From the IMG/VR virus record IMGVR_UViG_3300021961_000019: a stretch of DNA of 64,000 bases; one strand, 5' to 3'. Origin of the DNA: a virus. The notes beneath the pieces were generated by a model. That model was not told where the DNA came from. It made no database searches and worked only from the letters and a program-made list of their open reading frames with translations. The translations under genes were made by a program, and so were the position numbers. This document shows, piece after piece, positions 10,334-18,501 of this stretch. Every line of letters starts with the position of its first letter. The stretch's first letter is position 1.

Positions 10334-10513
10334 TCAAACCAGTTCGGATTGCATTTCGACCTCTAAGGTCTTGAACTTGAAGTAATCATAACCGTCAACT
10401 TCTACCACCTCTTGCATGTACTTTTCAGCAGCAGAGAGACAGTCAAACAAACGAAGGGAAGAGAAATCTTCACCTTCATAATCGAATCCACCGATCACAG
10501 AGTAGACTTTCAT
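10334..10513 (-). CDS. Hypothetical protein
   Basis: TGATG coupling with upstream ORF. Confidence 0.65.
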   Translation of the reverse strand: MKVYSVIGGFDYEGEDFSSLRLFDCLSAAEKYMQEVVEVDGYDYFKFKTLEVEMQSELV

Positions 10514-10683
10514 CACAGATCAATCACGACGGAGTAGTATGCAACAGAGGAAGGAACTCCGCTTAAAGCAAGCGAACCGTTCCGGGAATCGCAATAGTCT
10601 TGCGCTTCATCATAGGACTCAAAAGGTCCAACGTACTCTGGGGATTCCAGAGACAGAGAATCAAATCGAACGGTGTGGGTCAT
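10513..10683 (-). CDS. Small hypothetical protein (56 aa, MTHTVRFDSL...)
   Basis: Manual ORF; RBS AAAGGAAA inside class-1 element. Confidence 0.6.
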   Translation of the reverse strand: MTHTVRFDSLSLESPEYVGPFESYDEAQDYCDSRNGSLALSGVPSSVAYYSVVIDL

Positions 10684-10697
10684 GGGTGGTTTCCTTT

Positions 10698-10752
10698 GGT
10701 ATCTTCATCATAGGGTGCTGGAACCCATTGAAGGGTTTTTCAGCACATGTGC
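10698..10752 (-). promoter_or_regulatory. Class-1 promoter element, copy 2
   Basis: GCACATGTGC palindrome, TGAAAAA, TATGATGAAGATACC; 32-nt spacing. Confidence 0.8.
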
Positions 10753-10753
10753 A

Positions 10754-10903
10754 TCAGAGTTCATCCCTCATTTCAGAAAGTTTATCGTAGATCAGAGATA
10801 CATCTGCACCCACGATTTCACTTACCTCAGACCAATCATCATGAAACTCAATGAGGGCAAGCAGAGCATCAAGTTCATCAAACGTGAGAGTTACTTTTTC
10901 CAT
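10754..10903 (-). CDS. Small acidic protein (49 aa, MEKVTLTFDELD...)
   Basis: Manual ORF. Confidence 0.6.
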   Translation of the reverse strand: MEKVTLTFDELDALLALIEFHDDWSEVSEIVGADVSLIYDKLSEMRDEL

Positions 10904-10905
10904 GA

Positions 10906-11076
10906 TCAGAAACCGTTGAGAAAGTTAGCAAGTGCTTCATCATACTCCTCTTTGGAGTTAAACACCTTTCCACCAACTGTGCGGGGATAGGTAGACTCTT
11001 TAGCAGGAGTTTGCGTCTCAGCGACACTGTAACCCTTCTCCAGAAGGGTCTGAACGTAGGGGTTGGAATGGGTCAT
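10906..11076 (-). CDS. Small hypothetical protein (56 aa, MTHSNPYVQTLLEKG...)
   Basis: Manual ORF downstream of class-1 element. Confidence 0.6.
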   Translation of the reverse strand: MTHSNPYVQTLLEKGYSVAETQTPAKESTYPRTVGGKVFNSKEEYDEALANFLNGF

Positions 11077-11088
11077 GGGTCTTTCTTT

Positions 11089-11143
11089 GGTATCTTCATC
11101 ATAACCCCTCCAGGGCGGTTGGAGGGGTTTTCAGCACTTGTGC
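11089..11143 (-). promoter_or_regulatory. Class-1 promoter element, copy 3
   Basis: Same architecture; perfect 10-bp inverted repeat 11103-11129 in spacer. Confidence 0.8.
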
Positions 11144-11144
11144 C

Positions 11145-11459
11145 TCAGTTGAGACGCATTCCGCTGAAGAAGGGAATTGCGGATCCGTCATACTGAACGA
11201 ACCACTCACCTTTCTTTTGGAACACATACTCACCAGGCATTCCGTGTGCCTGAAGAATAGCGTTCAGACGGGATTTGGTGGTGTTGGTCCTCCAACCACC
11301 ATCAAACAATTCGACGAACGTTTCACCAATCCGAGCGATCAGATTGTCGTACAGATACACATCAGAAACATGAGAATATGCGATCACTTCAGTGTTATCT
11401 TTCTTCCAATCCTTGTGCTGCAGGATTGCATCGTTCATTTGGGATTCGATCTTACGCAT
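11145..11459 (-). CDS. Hypothetical protein (MRKIESQMN...)
   Basis: ORF track frame; start moved. Confidence 0.7.
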   Translation of the reverse strand: MRKIESQMNDAILQHKDWKKDNTEVIAYSHVSDVYLYDNLIARIGETFVELFDGGWRTNTTKSRLNAILQAHGMPGEYVFQKKGEWFVQYDGSAIPFFSGMRLN

Positions 11460-11508
11460 GGTGCGCATGGTGGGAAAAGCGATGGGATGATGGGAGGTCT
11501 TCCCCCCT

Positions 11509-11563
11509 GGTAACTTCATCATACCCCCTCAGGGGTCGTTGGCGGGTTTTTCAGCAGAAGTGA
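11509..11563 (-). promoter_or_regulatory. Class-1 promoter element, copy 4
   Basis: GCTGAAAAA, then TATGATGAAGTTACC; 32-nt spacing. Confidence 0.8.
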
Positions 11564-11581
11564 TGCAGATCTTCACAATAT

Positions 11582-11609
11582 AAAAAATCCGGGGTTACCA
11601 GCCCCGGAT
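11582..11609 (-). terminator. Rho-independent terminator
   Basis: ATCCGGGG-7 nt-CCCCGGAT stem plus U-tract on minus strand. Confidence 0.8.
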
Positions 11610-11726
11610 CATTAACCCAACACCTATCCACTATTGATATCATTATCTCCGTTCAACTTCGATTCGGTTCCCATCCGAATCGGGGTGACTTTTCTTATAG
11701 CAGCGGCAAACCCTTTCCGCTCTTAC

Positions 11727-11987
11727 TTAGAAGTCGAAGACCTCAGAATTCAGTTCAATTGTATTCACCTTCTTGCTGTTATACTTAACGCCGTCCGGAG
11801 TTTCTTTTACTCCACACTCATAGAGTGCTTCCACGACATCTTCATAGTTGCCGAGTTCACCCGCAAGAGCATAGAGACCTTCATCATTCTGCAACCAGAG
11901 TGCAACATTCCAGGTTTCATAGTTGGTCCAACCATTATAACCTTTGTCGAAAACATTGGTCTTGTGAATGTCAAAGATGGTGTTCAT
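11727..11987 (-). CDS. Hypothetical protein (GYNGWTNYETWNVALW motif)
   Basis: Motif common in small phage proteins; start moved to 11987. Confidence 0.7.
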   Translation of the reverse strand: MNTIFDIHKTNVFDKGYNGWTNYETWNVALWLQNDEGLYALAGELGNYEDVVEALYECGVKETPDGVKYNSKKVNTIELNSEVFDF

Positions 11988-12088
11988 GATCTTAGAAACA
12001 ATTGGGTTGGGGTTGGGGGGTGCCCTTAGTTCCCCCCGTTGTGGCAGTTGTGCCACTTCCTAGAGCAGAGTGGAGGTCTTTCCCTCCC

Positions 12089-12142
12089 GTATCTTCATCA
12101 TACCCCCCGGAAGGGGTTCGGAAGGTTTTTCAGCAGATGTGC
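12089..12142 (-). promoter_or_regulatory. Class-1 promoter element, copy 5
   Basis: GCA-N4-TGC, TGAAAAA, TATGATGAAGATAC; 32-nt spacing. Confidence 0.8.
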
Positions 12143-12143
12143 A

Positions 12144-12371
12144 TCAGAAGTGAGATTCGGACCAATCAAGCATTTCGCTATACTTAGCGATGCCATCATA
12201 GCAACGCTTGCTCATCTCATGATCACCGTCTGCAACATAACCTTTCAGGAATTCGAAGCAATACTTGATACGCAGTTCAGGTGCGATTGCTTCCAGTTGT
12301 TGACGCTTACGCTCTTGATAGGAGTTGTAAGCAAACATTTCACGATCTTCGAATGACATTTGGTGAAACAT
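12144..12371 (-). CDS. Hypothetical protein (MFHQMSFEDRE...)
   Basis: Start moved to ATG after class-1 RBS. Confidence 0.65.
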   Translation of the reverse strand: MFHQMSFEDREMFAYNSYQERKRQQLEAIAPELRIKYCFEFLKGYVADGDHEMSKRCYDGIAKYSEMLDWSESHF

Positions 12372-12390
12372 GGTGTGGGTCCTTTCCTTT

Positions 12391-12445
12391 GGTATCTTCA
12401 TCATACCCCCCAGAGAGGGTCTGGAGGGTTTTTCAGCAGAAGTGA
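12391..12445 (-). promoter_or_regulatory. Class-1 promoter element, copy 6
   Basis: Same architecture; 9/10-bp inverted repeat in spacer. Confidence 0.8.
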
Positions 12446-12449
12446 TGCA

Positions 12450-12848
12450 TTACCACTTCTCCATCCACCCATGGCGGGTGCATTCTAAAGTAACGCCAGC
12501 ACGGTTGATGTTACGATCAAAATCAACATTTGCGGCACGAAGTGCATCATGATCAATCTTGGTTGCATCACAGTAGAATTTGATCGCACCATATGCAGTT
12601 TGAATCCTAGCAGCACCGTTGAGTTCATTATACTCAAGAACGGTATACTTGGTGAAATCAGTGCCGCCGCGGCCAACGGCTTTACCATCTACAACTGCAT
12701 CATCTTTGATGTCGATATAATGCTCCTGAAATCCGTATGCATCATAATAGCGACCATTCGGAAGTGCAACACCGGGAGCACATGCAGTGGTGAGAATAGC
12801 AAGACCAGCAACCAGAATGCCGGTGAGTTTGGTGAGAGTGGCAGTCAT
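12450..12848 (-). CDS. Putative lipoprotein
   Basis: Basic N-terminus, hydrophobic stretch, lipobox-like LTTAC. Confidence 0.55.
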   Translation of the reverse strand: MTATLTKLTGILVAGLAILTTACAPGVALPNGRYYDAYGFQEHYIDIKDDAVVDGKAVGRGGTDFTKYTVLEYNELNGAARIQTAYGAIKFYCDATKIDHDALRAANVDFDRNINRAGVTLECTRHGWMEKW

Positions 12849-12868
12849 GGTGTGGGTCCTCCCCTTTC

Positions 12869-12921
12869 TGTTATCAGTATAGGGTCCCGCAGGACCCCGA
12901 CTGAGTTTTCAGCACATGTGC
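12869..12921 (-). promoter_or_regulatory. Class-1 promoter element, copy 7
   Basis: GCACATGTGC, TGAAAA, TATACT; 32-nt spacing; 6-bp stem in spacer. Confidence 0.75.
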
Positions 12922-13193
12922 AGCACAGGTGCTGGTTGAACAGAAAAGGTGCCCAATCGGTCACAAGAGATAGAAACAGCGTGAGAAGGTGCTCCACACT
13001 CATCTACAACTTCCCACCAATCTTCACCTTCTTGAATCACAACATAACCGAAACATCCAGCGATGGAAAGAGACTTAAGGCCCCACTTTTCTGCATGAGT
13101 CTGATAATTCCACCAAGTCCTTTCGTTATAGAATTTGGAGGAATCATCAGAGCGAGGACCAAACGTGATGCAGGTGAATTTGAATTTGTCCAT
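12909..13193 (-). CDS. Hypothetical protein
   Basis: 94 aa ORF. Confidence 0.6.
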   Translation of the reverse strand: MDKFKFTCITFGPRSDDSSKFYNERTWWNYQTHAEKWGLKSLSIAGCFGYVVIQEGEDWWEVVDECGAPSHAVSISCDRLGTFSVQPAPVLHMC

Positions 13194-13195
13194 GA

Positions 13196-13351
13196 TCAGG
13201 AGATTGCACGAAGGTGTTTACGGGTGTCGAAACCTTTAGCATGTTCTTCCTTGCGCAACTTAGCAGCAAGTTCTGCAAAGGTATAGGGTTGATTTGCAGC
13301 AATCATGATTAATTGCTGAGATTGCAAATCACACGCCAATTGGTAAGACAT
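13196..13351 (-). CDS. Small hypothetical protein
   Basis: ORF track frame; start uncertain (13351 or 13306). Confidence 0.4.
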   Translation of the reverse strand: MSYQLACDLQSQQLIMIAANQPYTFAELAAKLRKEEHAKGFDTRKHLRAIS

Positions 13352-13358
13352 GGTGAAT

Positions 13359-13478
13359 TCAGTTGGCAAGAGCGTGACAATGAGCAAGGGCACCATAAGT
13401 CCTGAGAGCATACTGATATGCTTCAACTTTGGTGTAGAAGCACGCCACGGGACTTCCTTTGTAGTAGAGAGTGAACAT
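13359..13478 (-). CDS. Small hypothetical protein (39 aa, MFTLYYKGSPV...)
   Basis: Manual ORF after class-1 RBS. Confidence 0.55.
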   Translation of the reverse strand: MFTLYYKGSPVACFYTKVEAYQYALRTYGALAHCHALAN

Positions 13479-13495
13479 GGTGGGTCTCCTCCTTT

Positions 13496-13550
13496 GGTAT
13501 CTTCATCATACCCCCTCAGGACCCCCCGGAGGGTTTTTCAGCATCGATGC
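13496..13550 (-). promoter_or_regulatory. Class-1 promoter element, copy 8
   Basis: GCATCGATGC palindrome, TGAAAAA, TATGATGAAGATACC; 32-nt spacing. Confidence 0.8.
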
Positions 13551-13551
13551 G

Positions 13552-13836
13552 TCACATACGTTCACGCATCATCCGGTGAGCATGAGATTCTACAACTTTT
13601 AGTCCATCTTCTGTAGATGATACAAACCACGCTGCACATGTGCTTCCGTTGAGTGCAACTTCATCAGCAATCTTCCACGAATTCCCATAATATTGAATCA
13701 GCACGTAGTAATCATCAACTGCGCCAGCAATGAGTTGATTGAATGCATGGTAAACAGTATACTCATCTTCATGACGAACATGATGATTAAAAATATTTCC
13801 ATCTTCTAGAAGACGTGCGGTGATGATTTCAAACAT
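13552..13836 (-). CDS. Hypothetical protein
   Basis: 94 aa ORF between two class-1 elements. Confidence 0.65.
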   Translation of the reverse strand: MFEIITARLLEDGNIFNHHVRHEDEYTVYHAFNQLIAGAVDDYYVLIQYYGNSWKIADEVALNGSTCAAWFVSSTEDGLKVVESHAHRMMRERM

Positions 13837-13857
13837 GGTGGGTCTTTGATCTCAACA

Positions 13858-13909
13858 ATGTCAGCATATGCCCCTCAGGGCCCCCTGCAGGGTATTTCAG
13901 CAGATATTT
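13858..13909 (-). promoter_or_regulatory. Class-1 promoter element, copy 9 (divergent)
   Basis: GCTGAAAT, then TATGCT; 33-nt spacing. Confidence 0.55.
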
Positions 13910-14240
13910 AGCGGGAGAGCATCACCCGTGCAGCACGACCGCTGTTATAAGTCCACAGAACGGCAGATGCGAATCGATTCTTTACATCTTCACCGTTCAC
14001 TTCCCACCATAGTTGTACAGCAGCGATCACATCTTTCACGAATGAGTATACTTTATGCAGGAATGCTTTAATCTCAGTCTCATGCTCTTTTACATATTCG
14101 ATCACCACAGTTACAATCACTGCCACGAAGGCAACTAGTGTAACAAATTGATTCCAGAGATTCTTATAATCCACTGCCCGAAGATAATCATAAAGATCAT
14201 TCACAGGGGGAAAAGATTTGGCGAAAGGTTGAGTGTTCAT
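13908..14240 (-). CDS. Hypothetical membrane protein
   Basis: Hydrophobic segment FVTLVAFVAVIVTVVI. Confidence 0.65.
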   Translation of the reverse strand: MNTQPFAKSFPPVNDLYDYLRAVDYKNLWNQFVTLVAFVAVIVTVVIEYVKEHETEIKAFLHKVYSFVKDVIAAVQLWWEVNGEDVKNRFASAVLWTYNSGRAARVMLSR

Positions 14241-14374
14241 GATTTCAAAAGAATTAATTGTGTGGTGGCAATCCGTCTGCCTCCACGTTCACACCATAGC
14301 ACTCCCAGGACCACGTGACGTGCTGCAGATACGAATCTTAACCGCAGCATCATGCATCATGTTACACGTGTATA

Positions 14375-14536
14375 CTACCAGAGATCATCTGTGTTGAGTT
14401 CTTTTACATCTACCTCTAGATGTTCACCACCTTCAAGATTTAAAATAGTATCCCAATCTAAATCTTGAGGATCAAAATCATCCATAACTTCTAGATCTAG
14501 AGTAATTCTGTACCTATGCATCTGTGCGTATACCAT
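14375..14536 (-). CDS. Small acidic protein (53 aa, MVYAQMHRYRITLDLEVMDDFDP...)
   Basis: Manual ORF; RYRITLDLEV..DFDP..DW pattern recalled from cyanomyophages; own promoter. Confidence 0.7.
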   Translation of the reverse strand: MVYAQMHRYRITLDLEVMDDFDPQDLDWDTILNLEGGEHLEVDVKELNTDDLW

Positions 14537-14560
14537 AAGAACCATCTGAACTCTATGTGT

Positions 14561-14589
14561 ATTATACCGCGCTTAGATTAATAAGGCAA
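14561..14589 (-). promoter_or_regulatory. Sigma70-like promoter
   Basis: TTGCCT-17-TATAAT pointing away from the repeat array. Confidence 0.65.
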
Positions 14590-14619
14590 GCGTTGAATGT
14601 ATATATGCAGCATGTGTAA

Positions 14620-15110
14620 ATCTAGTGTACTTATGTGAAGTATGTACATGAATCTAGATGTGTATATGCAGCATACATGAATCTAGATGTATATGTGTAT
14701 GATGTGAATCTAGTTGCATATGTGCAGCAGATCTAGTGCAATCTAGTTGTGTATATGATGTGCTGTAATCTAGTTGCAGAAATCTAGTTGCATATGTGCA
14801 GCAGATCTAGTTGTGTTTCAGCGGACCCGTGGCATTTCTGCAGCGTCCCTGGGGCAAATTTTCCGCGTCCCGTGGTTGACAAACTGCGCGTCCGGTGCTA
14901 AGCTGTCCAAGATCACAAGACCTGGGGGCATTTAAATGATCATAAGTGTATTAAAGATCTAGTTACATGATGTATAGATGATTTAATACATGATGATGAT
15001 TAATCTAGTTGTGTATATGATGATTAATCTAGTACATGAATCTAGTTGTGTATATGATGATGAATCTAGTTACATCTAGTTGTATAATACATGATGATTA
15101 ATCTAGTTGT
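14620..15110 (+). repeat. Non-coding array of 16 same-orientation ATCTAG(TTG) repeats; putative origin/iteron region
   Basis: 9 copies in 14620-14810 and 7 in 14955-15110, split by a GC-rich island; no ORF. Confidence 0.8.
14876..14904 (+). promoter_or_regulatory. Sigma70-like promoter inside the array
   Basis: TTGACA-17-TAAGCT. Confidence 0.7.
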
Positions 15111-15310
15111 GTATACATTGTTTAAAGAGATAATAAGATCAATATAAGTATCGTACCCATCCATATACCCATTAAAGCAACAGTTAATTGAAACATAATA
15201 CTATCCATATCTAATGGTTTATACTCCTATTATAGCACACTTAAACCTTTTATTTATTCCTCTAAAACATATATATTTTTACGTTTAACACAAACATCAT
15301 ATTATTCATT

Positions 15311-16117
15311 ATGACAAATACGGGCACAATATACCTCATTCTCAATCGTGTCAATGGACATAAGTATGTGGGTCAAACTAGGCAACAATTGAACACCAGA
15401 TGGAAGGCACATCTGACTGAAGCACGTTCTTATCCTACTCGTCCTCTCTACTATGCAATTAACAAATATGGTGCAGATAAGTTTACCATTAAGGTATTAG
15501 AAGAATGTTCGGTAGATAAGTTAAATGAAAGAGAAGTGTATTGGATTTCTAAACTCAATACCTTTAAAAGTGGTGTCGATTATAATGCAACTGCAGGTGG
15601 TGATTTCTTTGAACATACAGAGGCTACTAAACAAAAGATCTCTGAAGGAATGAGAAAGGTAGAGCGTTCGGATGAATGGATACAGAACATGTCTACCTCA
15701 TTAAAGGAAAAGGCAAAGAAAGAACCTTGGGGGTTTTTGAATGCAAAGAATAGAGCAGATGGTAAACATACACGTCGTAGAGTTAAAGGTGTATGTGTCA
15801 CCACTGGAAAAGAGAGAATCTTTGAAAGTATGACTGAAGCAGCAAGACAGGTGAATGGAAAGAGTGGTAATATCTGTGCTGCGATCAAGAACAATTGGAT
15901 GGCATATGGTTACAGATGGGAAAAGATTGATACACGTCCCAGTAAGTTACAATGCTATGGTGTGAATAAGCATACTGGTGAACAAACAGTCGTCTTTCCC
16001 AGTATTAAAGCTGCATGTCGTTATATGGGTGGAGATCATGATTCTGGTATTCGCAAAGCATTAAAAGCACCAGGAGTGTCCACATGGTATGGATACTACT
16101 GGTTCTTTGTGGCATAG
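15311..16117 (+). CDS. GIY-YIG homing endonuclease (Seg-like) with NUMOD-type C-terminal modules
   Basis: GTIYLILN...KYVGQT...RWKAH; ELNEREVYWI-like segment and YN motif; repeated FESMTEAAR / FPSIKAAC modules. Confidence 0.88.
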   Translation: MTNTGTIYLILNRVNGHKYVGQTRQQLNTRWKAHLTEARSYPTRPLYYAINKYGADKFTIKVLEECSVDKLNEREVYWISKLNTFKSGVDYNATAGGDFFEHTEATKQKISEGMRKVERSDEWIQNMSTSLKEKAKKEPWGFLNAKNRADGKHTRRRVKGVCVTTGKERIFESMTEAARQVNGKSGNICAAIKNNWMAYGYRWEKIDTRPSKLQCYGVNKHTGEQTVVFPSIKAACRYMGGDHDSGIRKALKAPGVSTWYGYYWFFVA

Positions 16118-16560
16118 AGTAGCACAATACAAACACCAACTGCAATACCAATCAAAGTGAATGGTGCAATGTCATTCACTCCCAAAGGTAATCTTTGATA
16201 GGTCTCAGAATCATCAGATCCATTTCTACACTTAGATGAAGATGCATAATCCCAGATTACTCTTGGTCCTTCGGTGTAGAACATTTTTGGATAATCATAA
16301 TATCCAATCTCTGCCTTGCAGATCTTACCTGAAGAGATTACATATCCACCTGAACAGGAGACTTCAAATCCTTCTTCTGTTTCAATCAGATGAAGATCAG
16401 ATTGCTCAAAATGCTTGGCTTTGATGCCTCTTGACCTTGCATTAAAGTGAGATTGCATTTCCTTACACTCTGCCTTAAATGGAAGATTCGCAGCAGAAAC
16501 AGAACCACCTGTCGTAAGTGCAAGGAATGCAATTAAAGATGCAATAGTAGATTTAAGCAT
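16096..16560 (-). CDS. Secreted/membrane hypothetical protein
   Basis: Signal-like N-terminus MLKSTIASLIAFLAL; C-terminal TM segment. Confidence 0.6.
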   Translation of the reverse strand: MLKSTIASLIAFLALTTGGSVSAANLPFKAECKEMQSHFNARSRGIKAKHFEQSDLHLIETEEGFEVSCSGGYVISSGKICKAEIGYYDYPKMFYTEGPRVIWDYASSSKCRNGSDDSETYQRLPLGVNDIAPFTLIGIAVGVCIVLLYATKNQ

Positions 16561-17179
16561 GATACTCTTTTTCACAATACTGACATGTAAGAACATGTTG
16601 CATTTCATCATTTCTCACTTCACGAATCACATCCGCAAGTGTTTCCAGTTTGGGACGACGTTGAAGTTCGCATTGTGGTTGAAACTTGTCAAATAGATAC
16701 TGATTCTCCTCATTCACATAATAGGTGATTGCGGCAGCAGGAACTGGTCCTTTCAGCAGATCTGAGTCAGATTGAAGAAACTTATCATAGGTCCCATAGG
16801 CATGTTTCTCAATCTCTGCCATCATGTAGTATGCTGCTGGGGCATCTACCACATACAAAATCACAACTGCCCAGTAATACAGTAGAGCAGCATGATAGGC
16901 TATAAATCGATTGATCCATTGCTTGTTGCCACCCAGTTCTTCAAAGATGCGAAGATGATGTTCTTCATTATAGGATTCTGCATAATGCACACTCAGCCAA
17001 TCATAGCGATCCCACATACCCAGAGATTGATACAGGTGCAGAACACTCATCCATGAGAAATAAGGTACTCGCGCAACTGTTTCCAATACCCAAAATCGTT
17101 CGATTGGTGCATTCTTGTAAACAATATCCAGTAGAAATACAACTACTGACACCATAAGATTTGCAATTAAACGTGTCAT
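16553..17179 (-). CDS. ptox: Plastoquinol terminal oxidase (PTOX/AOX di-iron family)
   Basis: RFWVLETVARVPYF; E-x-x-H ligands (NEEHH, DEMQH); EKHAYGTY. Confidence 0.92.
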   Translation of the reverse strand: MTRLIANLMVSVVVFLLDIVYKNAPIERFWVLETVARVPYFSWMSVLHLYQSLGMWDRYDWLSVHYAESYNEEHHLRIFEELGGNKQWINRFIAYHAALLYYWAVVILYVVDAPAAYYMMAEIEKHAYGTYDKFLQSDSDLLKGPVPAAAITYYVNEENQYLFDKFQPQCELQRRPKLETLADVIREVRNDEMQHVLTCQYCEKEYHA

Positions 17180-17577
17180 ATCCACACTCCAATTTCTTTT
17201 CTGGTTGCAATTTGATAATCTTGAAGTTTTCCTCTTACAAAATGAAGCCTACAGAGTGGAGCATCATCATAAGATTCATTACCTCTGTAATTATACACCG
17301 TTACATAATCTGTCAACTCAACTGGTTTGACCTTTCCATGCTTTCCAGTTGATTTAACTTTGTATTTGAACAAGGCAGACTTCAGAGTTCCATCATCAAC
17401 CCAATTTGGATCTTCTTGAAGTTCACTCGTTCCTGTGTAATCTGTAATCCACAATTGACCAGAAGGATCCATCCAATAGTAATCCATGAAGGAATTTAGA
17501 TCTTTGGTCTGACACTCCACATTTGTAAAACGTGGGCCCAGATCATAAGATGACCTGAAAGTGTCGTACATACCCAT
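17176..17577 (-). CDS. Hypothetical protein (MGMYDT...CQTKDL)
   Basis: 133 aa; ATGA coupled to PTOX. Confidence 0.7.
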   Translation of the reverse strand: MGMYDTFRSSYDLGPRFTNVECQTKDLNSFMDYYWMDPSGQLWITDYTGTSELQEDPNWVDDGTLKSALFKYKVKSTGKHGKVKPVELTDYVTVYNYRGNESYDDAPLCRLHFVRGKLQDYQIATRKEIGVWI

Positions 17578-17580
17578 AAT

Positions 17581-17910
17581 TTAGATCTCCGTTGACTTAT
17601 AATGATTTAGCATGTGTTGAGTATATGTCTTCCAATAAGATAGAAGATCTTCATCGGATGCAGCATTCACAAATTCTTCACTGAATTCATCTCCAAGTGC
17701 GAACAACAGATCATCATTCAGATCCATTTCAATATGTCCGCGATTTAACTCAAACCAAAAGTCATCTGCAATTTCAACTTCTGTTTGTGCAGTTGAATAG
17801 AACATATATCGCATCCAGTGCCAGAATGGCGTCTTGTACAGAAAGATGGTGCGATAGAACAGACTATCCTTAAACTGCTGTAGAAAGGACTTGAACATTT
17901 TCAAATTCAT
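17581..17910 (-). CDS. Hypothetical protein
   Basis: ORF track frame; start moved. Confidence 0.55.
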   Translation of the reverse strand: MNLKMFKSFLQQFKDSLFYRTIFLYKTPFWHWMRYMFYSTAQTEVEIADDFWFELNRGHIEMDLNDDLLFALGDEFSEEFVNAASDEDLLSYWKTYTQHMLNHYKSTEI

Positions 17911-18033
17911 AATGAGGTACAACGATACGGACTTCTTCAGATGGATGTGATGCTTCGCGCATCAGAATTGAGATAGAACTTTGTGTTGCATATACAATCG
18001 GTCCCGTAATCTCTTTATATCTAACAAACGTTC

Positions 18034-18321
18034 CTATTGAAAACATAATTCTAAGGGAGATAGTTTAAGTGGCATAGAAGTATAATTCCTTGTGTCAGAG
18101 ATATTGACCTTCTTTCCTACTTTCGTTGCATTGATTGGGGCATAATATTCATCCTTTTTGAGAGAATAAAATCCCCAAATACATGAAACTGTCTCACCAT
18201 TGTTATAATCGAATTTGCGATGATGGCGAATCCAGATTGAAAGTACACCACGCTTAAACTCCTGAACTTCATATGAATATCCTTTTGGAGGTTTGTGATG
18301 AAATGATTTGGGAAGTTTCAT
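18034..18321 (-). CDS. Conserved cyanophage hypothetical protein
   Basis: HKPPKGYSYEV...IWGFY motif. Confidence 0.7.
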   Translation of the reverse strand: MKLPKSFHHKPPKGYSYEVQEFKRGVLSIWIRHHRKFDYNNGETVSCIWGFYSLKKDEYYAPINATKVGKKVNISDTRNYTSMPLKLSPLELCFQ

Positions 18322-18327
18322 GTTTAT

Positions 18328-18501
18328 TTACACGTCGTATTCTTTATCGGCAGACAGAAGTTCATTGTAATATCGGAGACTTCGAACCTCACTTTCCAGA
18401 CGGTGAACCTCATTGACAAGATCATCAACAACTGATCGAAGCCATTCTGGATTGTCACTATCAAAAGAATGTGCCAGCAAATCTACAAGTTTTTCATTCA
18501 T
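18328..18501 (-). CDS. Small hypothetical protein (57 aa, MNEKLVDLL...)
   Basis: Manual ORF; ATGA coupling. Confidence 0.55.
   Translation of the reverse strand: MNEKLVDLLAHSFDSDNPEWLRSVVDDLVNEVHRLESEVRSLRYYNELLSADKEYDV

Noticed and set aside
9804-13909. CRISPR array or integron attC reading of the dispersed repeats
   Set aside because: Repeats are degenerate, separated by 290-890 nt of coding DNA, contain -10 and RBS elements, and there are no cas or integrase genes or attC R-boxes
14281-14330. Thirteenth class-1 element
   Set aside because: TGCTGCAGA lies about 23 nt from a weak -10 and does not fit the conserved spacing
14620-15110. Mini-CRISPR in the ATCTAG array
   Set aside because: Core is only 6-9 nt, and the intervening DNA is short, irregular and low-complexity rather than unique spacers
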